This document shows positions 1 to 6,059 of a DNA stretch of 8,089 nt, piece by piece. The position numbers were made by a program, and so were the translations under genes. Every line of letters starts with the position of its first letter. Position 1 is the stretch's first letter. This stretch comes from Paraspadella gotoi (Eukaryota > Animalia > Chaetognatha), in contig JBJCIZ010001269.1 in assembly GCA_051294375.1 (NCBI GenBank), forward strand, positions 1-8,089, written 5' to 3'. The notes under the pieces are model-generated. The model searched no databases. It was not told where the DNA came from and saw nothing but the letters and a program-made list of their open reading frames with translations.

Positions 1-198
1 ACAGTCTCGTAGAATAAACTATGCAGTTAAAAAAAAATTTAATTATTGATTTTTTTCATTTTTTATTGTTTCTCATCTTAGGTCATTACTCCGTGAATGT
101 TATGTATAACCAAAATTAATCAAAATTCTCTTAAAGCTCTTAAGATATATATATCTGTAGACACAATATCTTTTCTTCTTGTTCAGTTAGAGACGATT

Positions 199-954
199 TT
201 AAAGACTAAGAATCCTCGACCCAATACGGGAACTAATAAGGATAGCAACAGTAAATAAATCATAATTGTAAAAGTGTTCCATATCTATAGATGAGAGAAA
301 ATTATCGTAAAGTTTGTTTAAAACAAAGTCTGATTCATCAAATATTTCATTAAATATTTCATTAAAAAAAATAAACGTTAGCGACTCGGATGGAACTTCA
401 GCAGACAGAAGGGTTCGTTTATTTTGGTAATCATAGGTACTTTCATAGTAGTAATAAATTTTATCATAATTCGTTTCATTAATATTTAAAGGAAATCTTA
501 AATTCTCATAAAGGCTTGTATAAATTGAGAATGTAAGGATTATAAACAAGATTTTAACGAAAGCTTTATTCTTTTTTAAAAACATGTTCAGAATCAAAAA
601 TGTCCAGACGAAAAGAGGTAAAAAAGAAACGGTGAAAAACAAATGAAAATATTCTTTGACCGTTAATAACATGATAATTTGATTAATGTGATATCCGTCA
701 TACGATGGCCATAAAAGAGAGAAAGACAAAATTTCTGAACGGATTTTTTCACGGCTGTAAAGAGCTCTTTTCGTAAGATAAACACTAAATGGGAGAATAC
801 AAGAGATCAGCCCAAGAACTCCTAACATTTTTTTATCTTTGATGGACAAAGATCTAAAGCGCTTTCCAGAATATGCTTCAAGCCATAGAAGAATGAAATA
901 CGATATCCAAGAAGTGTATGCAAACTTGCAAATTAGAGTAAAGCTTCTATACAA
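199..954 (-). CDS. Putative multi-pass membrane protein of unknown family (start uncertain)
   Basis: The frame is stop-free from 1002 to 199, which is long for DNA this AT-rich. It has about four hydrophobic segments (FTLICKFAYTSWISYFILLWL; MLGVLGLISCILPFSVYL; YFHLFFTVSFLPLFVWTFLILNMFL; FVKILFIILTFSIYTSLY) and an acidic, Tyr-rich C-terminal part. The listed start is TTG and the first in-frame ATG is at 828. No family was recognised with confidence. Confidence 0.55.
   Translation of the reverse strand: MYRSFTLICKFAYTSWISYFILLWLEAYSGKRFRSLSIKDKKMLGVLGLISCILPFSVYLTKRALYSREKIRSEILSFSLLWPSYDGYHINQIIMLLTVKEYFHLFFTVSFLPLFVWTFLILNMFLKKNKAFVKILFIILTFSIYTSLYENLRFPLNINETNYDKIYYYYESTYDYQNKRTLLSAEVPSESLTFIFFNEIFNEIFDESDFVLNKLYDNFLSSIDMEHFYNYDLFTVAILISSRIGSRILSL
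334..369. repeat. 12-bp tandem repeat (~3 copies) inside the ORF
   Basis: TTCATCAAATAT / TTCATTAAATAT / TTCATTAAAAAA; the repeat is in frame and encodes FNEIFNEIFDE on the minus strand. Confidence 0.8.
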
Positions 955-1589
955 TCTATTTTTTGATGTAAAACAAAAGTATGTTTCATATCTTGATAGA
1001 TTTTATAAAACATTTTTCAAACGCAGTTGTAATAGAGCCCCGAATTGAGTCAATAATAGCAAGCGCTCGACTTACGGTAGCGGTGTATGTTTGTAACCGA
1101 ATTATCAACGAGAGGTCTCGGCAGCCGCACGAGACAGGTAATCTTAGTGAAAGTAAACGACGTTTGCAAATTGTTTCTTTTAATACTCATAAGCAGAAAG
1201 AGAGACATACTTACAGACGTAGATAGCAAGTTTTTTATTGTTAAATCTTAATAAAGCAATTCAGATATAATATATATCGAACTGCACTGGCGTACACTTT
1301 AGGATGCCTTGAGAAAAGTTTAGTATAATTTTATATATATTTTTCATGATATGAAGGATTGAATTTAGCTTACGTCGTTTGCCGCTTAGAGATGAGAAAA
1401 GACGAGATAGAGGAAAAAAAGTAAAAAGAAGATAAGCGTTTTCATTAGTTTTTCGATATTCGTTCATTAGTTGCAAACAAAGACAATTCTGCATAAGCGG
1501 AAAAATAACAATCAGTATCGTTACTAATGCATTGGCTTCTTGCTTCTCTTTCCGTTTCATATCTAATGAAGAGCATTATTGCCTTCTTA

Positions 1590-1900
1590 ATAAAACATAA
1601 TAAATAAAAAATAATTAATAAATTAATTAATTAATAAATTATTAATAATTAATAAATAATTAATAAATTAGTGATGAATCAAATTAATAAAATTAATGAA
1701 TGAATAAATTAACAATTAACAGGATTCGAATGAATGAATAAATTATTTAATGAATAAATGAATTGAAAAGAATAATTATATGAATGAATTAAATTAATAA
1801 TTAATGAATGAATAAATTGAATTCATGAATAAATTAATTAAATTAATGAATGAATAAATTAAACCAAATTAAATAAATTTAACTGAATGAAATGAATGAT
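1590..1900. repeat. AT-rich low-complexity / degenerate minisatellite (AATT, AATG units)
   Basis: The 20-mer AATTAATGAATGAATAAATT occurs exactly at 1691-1710, 1799-1818 and 1841-1860. There are very few C residues on the + strand. Confidence 0.9.
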
Positions 1901-1916
1901 AGACATCTGATTAGCG

Positions 1917-2068
1917 ATGCTTACCTGGCTAAATTATCGTGGGCAGATCCGACAGTGATTTGCTCTAAACTGTGTTAAGTATTGATTGTATAATTGTCAC
2001 ATTTATAATCATTAAACATTATCTTTATAATTTGACCAATTTATTTTTGGGCGATTTCGAAACCCCCC
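1917..2068 (+). ncRNA. Divergent U1 snRNA-like sequence (gene or pseudogene)
   Basis: ATGCTTACCTGG at 1917-1928 matches 11/12 of the U1 5' end AUACUUACCUGG. A closing helix 1927-1937/2027-2037 pairs at 10 of 11 positions. An SL1-like hairpin at 1941-1965 contains GATCCGACAG (U1 loop I is GAUCACGAAG). An SL2-like stem 1983-1990/2004-2011 has a loop containing ATTGTCAC (the U1A site is AUUGCAC). An Sm-type site ATTTTTG is at 2043-2049, followed by a weak terminal GGG..TTCG..CCC. Alternative reading: a minus-strand splice donor CAG|GTAAGC. Confidence 0.45.
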
Positions 2069-2250
2069 GCTTTTTTAATTTCCCTAGTCTGCTTGACTAT
2101 CTGTCGCGCGAGATTGCCTTAAGTTTGTCTTTCCGCTGTTTGTCAGCGCACGGAACATTGTATTTTGTTTATATTGTTTATATTAAGTTGTCCTCATTTA
2201 CATGAAGTGAGTTCTTTGTTTCCTGTCCCGCGAACGACAATCTTGTCACC

Positions 2251-2300
2251 GCCTCCTGCTCCTCCCTAACTCCTCCTCTTCATGCCTCCTCTCCTCCTCT
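2251..2300. repeat. Degenerate (CCT)n pyrimidine tract
   Basis: gcctcctgctcctccctaactcctcctcttcatgcctcctctcctcctct. Confidence 0.7.
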
Positions 2301-2367
2301 TGGAAATCCGCTGAGTACATGTCAGCTCAAATCTGTCGGAATTCGATCCTGGAGAGAAAAAGATTTC

Positions 2368-2396
2368 CGTCGTCGTCGTCGTCTCTGTCTCGTCGT

Positions 2397-2427
<31 letters not shown>

Positions 2428-2449
2428 AGAAGATTTTTTTTTTTTTTTT
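2368..2449. repeat. (GTC)n microsatellite followed by poly(T)
   Basis: Interrupted (GTC)n at 2368-2426 and a T run at 2434-2449. Confidence 0.95.
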
Positions 2450-2869
2450 GTTTTGCGTTGTTTTTGGTTTTGAAGGCGAAATGAGAGAAATTCCGGAATA
2501 CAACGATGACTTAAGAGTTCAGATTTCATGACAAATTTGTGGGAACCCAGGGAACTTTTATGAGTTAATTTTACTTATTTTAGCTAATTTGTATTAAGGA
2601 AATATGTTCGCGTTAATATGACGCTAATAAATCATAACAAAAATGAATCCGTACTACGAAAAAGCTCCTTGAAATAAATCTCTCTTTAGCCTTTGAAGTT
2701 AGTCTAGGCAAGATATGTCTTACATGTATTCAATAATGGATAACTTTTATGTTGTTGAATCAATTTAAATGAGTGGATCACCTGTAAATTTTAACGTTAT
2801 TTTAAAAAATATTATACTCTGGTGGTCCTATCACCACAGATGGATTAAAGCTGTTAGCTTTTTCCACAG

Positions 2870-3360
2870 GCGCCTCAGTGGCTCAGTGGACTAATGCGAC
2901 CATCCCAATTGCCGTCCTGGTTCGAGCCCTGAGGTGCATGTAGAAGTGCGGATGGACCGGGTAACCCGGCTCTGTAGCATGGGCGCTAGCTGCTCAGATC
3001 CAAAGCTCTGGACTACATGCAACATGCTGTCTCGCTGTCGCCAGCGAGGTGACAATACGGCTGGCGTGGTGTGGCGCCCTGTAAAACCAGCAGCCTCTTC
3101 AATGGTGAGCCCGCGTGATCTCGAACATCCGCAACCCGTGCATGATAATACTTTCCTCTGCCCTTGAATGTGGGTTTTGAGCTTACACAGCTGCCACTCA
3201 AAAGGCAACGGCCACCAAATGAAGAGAGGTTAGCGAAGACAAATGCGCTTCATATCCCCTGACTTCGTACTCGTCAGTATGCGAAGTCCTGGGAGGGTCA
3301 GCTGTCGTTGGCTGGTCCTTGTAGACCCAGCGAGATGGATTAAAGCTGTTAATTTCACAG
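2870..3360 (+). mobile_element. tRNA-derived SINE-like unit, copy 1 (~490 bp), preceded by the 3' tail of a previous unit (~2820-2869)
   Basis: A box TGGCTCAGTGG at 2879-2889 and B box GGTTCGAGCCC at 2919-2929 lie at tRNA-like spacing. An acceptor-like 9-bp stem forms at 2870-2878/2929-2937. The block is GC-rich with sharp edges in AT-rich DNA and is homologous to the downstream copy. Confidence 0.65.
2879..2929 (+). promoter_or_regulatory. Pol III type 2 internal promoter (A box + B box), copy 1
   Basis: TGGCTCAGTGG fits TRGCNNARYGG and GGTTCGAGCCC fits GGTTCGANNCC; the starts are 40 nt apart. Confidence 0.75.
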
Positions 3361-3640
3361 CGCGCTCAGTGGCTCAGTGGACTATGCAACCATCCATATG
3401 AGTGGCGTCCCTGTTCGAGCCCTGAGAGTTGTGATGTAGAAAGTGGGGAATGGACCGGGTATCCCGCCTGTAGGCGTTGGGTACACCTACTAGGCTCAGA
3501 TCATCGAGATAAGTCATTGCTGAACTACTATAGGCAGACATGCGTGGGTCCCGTCGCTGTCGCGACGAGGTGCACACCGCTGGCGGGTGTGGCGCTACCT
3601 CTGTAGAAACCAGCCCTCGCATTCAATCTACCGCGTGACT
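3361..3640 (+). mobile_element. tRNA-derived SINE-like unit, copy 2 (homology to copy 1 lost after ~3640)
   Basis: Collinear exact anchors with copy 1: 2838-2856=3333-3351 (19 bp), 2874-2893=3365-3384 (20 bp), 2920-2933=3413-3426, 2952-2963=3450-3461, 2992-3000=3494-3502, 3032-3041=3554-3563, 3068-3077=3586-3595 and 3111-3118=3631-3638. Confidence 0.65.
3370..3422 (+). promoter_or_regulatory. Pol III type 2 internal promoter (A box + B box), copy 2
   Basis: TGGCTCAGTGG at 3370-3380 and TGTTCGAGCCC at 3412-3422 (one mismatch to the B-box consensus). Confidence 0.65.
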
Positions 3641-4490
3641 TATTATTGATGGTTGAGAGAGTCTTGATCCAAAGTTTGTGAAAGAAGACTAACCCTAAGA
3701 TAGCCTGTCCAAGACAGGAGGAATAGCTTGGTACTGTATCCATGAATGAAAGTTTTTTATATTTGTTTATATCAATTTTAATATATTATAAATAAAGAAG
3801 AAATACGTAAAGAATCCATGATATCATTGCCAAAGTCATATATATCATAAATAAAATTAACATCACCGTGCGAGGATCAAATGAAATCAGTTGAATCGTT
3901 TTTTTTTTTTATTCTTTTATTTTTAAATTCGAATAAATATTTTTTTTTTGTTTAAAAAAAAATTCACATCAATTTTTTTGATTCAGAGTAAAAAATTTAC
4001 AGAATTTTGAGGCGAAAGAGAAACAAACAGAAAGTTCAGAGCTGTTTTATTTTTATTTTCTATTTATTATTATATCTTTTTTTTACCTTTTGTGATCGAA
4101 ATGTTTATTCAGGATTTATTGTATTTTCTATCTCATTGCTGTCGAAATCCAAACAGAAGAGAGAGGGAAGAGCGAGTGACAGAGTGAGAATCAGAGTGAG
4201 ACCGGGATCAAAAAATACAAATCGGAATTTCTCTTTTTTTTTGTCATCGAATTTCGTCTCCGATTTTTACTTTTCACGATTTCACGTGAGCGATCGTGTT
4301 TTACCGGTCACTTTTGTGGTGTTTTTCATTAAACACAGTTAAAGCTTGGGGCTAATTTTCGAGTTAAAAACCAGATATATTTTTATGTATAAGCTTCCTA
4401 TTACATAGCTACAAAGTACATAACTTATAAATGATTTTAATAAAATTTCTTTTTTAATCCGCTTACCTCGCAAGCTCACAATGGTTTTCG

Positions 4491-4505
4491 GTTACCACTG
4501 GTAAC
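4491..4505. promoter_or_regulatory. Perfect palindrome matching the RFX X-box consensus
   Basis: GTTACC-ACT-GGTAAC fits GTNRCC(N0-3)RGYAAC, with 7-bp perfect arms around one base. Function is not shown. Confidence 0.3.
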
Positions 4506-4602
4506 TTCTACTCATCTGTGTTTGGGTTTCAAACCTGACGCAAGAATGTAACAGGAAAGCTATAAACAAAATGTTACTGAGATTTAAGGCTAGTGGCCTT
4601 GT

Positions 4603-4612
4603 GAAGAAAAAA

Positions 4613-4644
<32 letters not shown>

Positions 4645-4661
4645 ATAGAAAGAAAGAACGA

Positions 4662-4715
<54 letters not shown>

Positions 4716-4753
4716 AGAGAGAGAGAGCCGAAGGTGGAGAGAGAGAGAGAGAG
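4603..4753. repeat. Compound (GAAA)n-(GA)n microsatellite
   Basis: (AAAG)n at ~4612-4704 followed by interrupted (GA)n to 4753. Confidence 0.97.
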
Positions 4754-5736
4754 CCAAAGACCTTACGGTCCTCGAAGAGAGAAAGAAAAGTGAGACAAAT
4801 TTCACTGTACAAAAGCGGAATTAAAAAAACAATTATTAATTACTACAAAATTTTTAAAAATTTAATTGTAATGAAGATCATTTCATTAATTAAATAGCTA
4901 CATCTAAACGCTTTAATAAGTTTATATTCACATATATTTCCACTATATTTCATCCTACGGCGACGCAATCGAAGCGGAACCCTCGAGGCATAGAAAACAT
5001 TAGAACGAAAAGGTATATACTTAGTAAAAATCTTCGTGTATATTTATTAAATTATTAAATCATAATGGTTTGAAAAGAACGAGACATGTTTAAAAAATTA
5101 GGTTTCTATTAAAAAGAAAGCATCGTGCCATGTCGATTGTTGTTTTTTATCGTTGACAGAACCGTAGGCAAAGAATTGCTCCTTCGCTGAAAATAGCAAG
5201 AACTATGTTGAATTGAAACAAAATAACATAGTTATTTAATTTTTAAAAATTTTATTTGAATGCTTACAGAAATTTACAGGTTTTATATATCATTATTTTA
5301 CGATATACAAAGCTTTAAAGAGCAAGTGAATATCAAAATAAGGCTTTAAAGACGCTGTGGAATTATAAAAATAGTATTCTAGACGAGAAATAAATTCAGA
5401 TATCTGATAGAAAACAACATTTGTCCTATACTTAAATCCTAATATAGCAGTCGGTCTTGTTCTTAAATTCCAAATAAAAAAGGAAATCAGAAAAACGTAT
5501 ATTTAAAGCTTTCAACTCCTCCGTGCGTGCTCTCTCTCTTTGGTTTTCCCACGCAACAGTTTTTTCCCTCTTCTTAATTCAATAAAATAAAAGGTTCAAT
5601 CAATTATCTTTTCCGCTCAGTGAAACTGAAAAGTACAAACGAAGTTAAATTGTCAGAACTCTTTGATTAATCGTTAATATTTTGCAGGACGAAAAAAAGA
5701 AAAACAGGTTTTGGAATCAAAATCTAGGTTTGTCCT

Positions 5737-5761
5737 GAGAGAGAGAGAGAGAGAAGAGAGG

Positions 5762-5805
<44 letters not shown>

Positions 5806-5829
5806 GAGAGAGAGAGAGTGAGAGAGAGG
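5737..5829. repeat. Interrupted (GA)n microsatellite
   Basis: About 90 nt of nearly pure GA repeat. Confidence 0.97.
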
Positions 5830-6059
5830 TAAGAGAGCAAGGAGATAGGTTAGTTCTATCAGTGGGCACGTTTGCGTTCCACTGCTCAACTGTGAAAGAA
5901 TTCGTTTCGTCAAAAATCAAAACGAGAATTTTTTTTTTTCTATTTTGTTCTAATATTTAGTAAAGTTTGAAAGACTAAAATACGTCAAATAAAAACAAAT
6001 ATGTTAAACAAAAAATTTTAAGTCTCAACACACACACATTACAAAATAAGAAGAAAACC

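Noticed and set aside
839-1560. ORFs 839-1048, 981-1226 and 1261-1560 as genes
   Set aside because: They are short with no recognisable motif, and one is antisense to the long ORF. They cannot be supported without homology or expression data.
1681-1860. CRISPR array from the three identical 20-mers
   Set aside because: The spacers are the same low-complexity sequence as the repeats, the spacing is irregular, and there is no cas context.
2872-2940. Functional tRNA gene
   Set aside because: The D-stem is mismatched, there is no convincing anticodon stem, and the 3' strand of the T-stem is truncated in both copies. Treated as a tRNA-derived head.
2891-3743. ORFs 2891-3208, 2934-3167, 3013-3201, 3374-3622 and 3528-3743
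   Set aside because: They are short, overlap on both strands, and their frames are not preserved between the two repeat copies. This is expected in GC-rich non-coding DNA.
2800-3790. Target-site duplication (TATTATA-containing flanks) around the GC block
   Set aside because: The match is imperfect, AT-only, and offset from the GC boundary, so it is expected by chance.
5860-5884. Iron-responsive element (bulged-C hairpin with CAGTG)
   Set aside because: CAGTG is in the stem rather than the apical loop, and the upper stem is only 3 bp.
4492-5920. ORFs 4492-4812, 4590-4805, 5674-5913 and 5717-5920
   Set aside because: They are translations of (CTTT)n and (CT)n microsatellites. The same applies to 2319-2531 and 7815-8036 with their (GTC)n and (TTA)n tracts.
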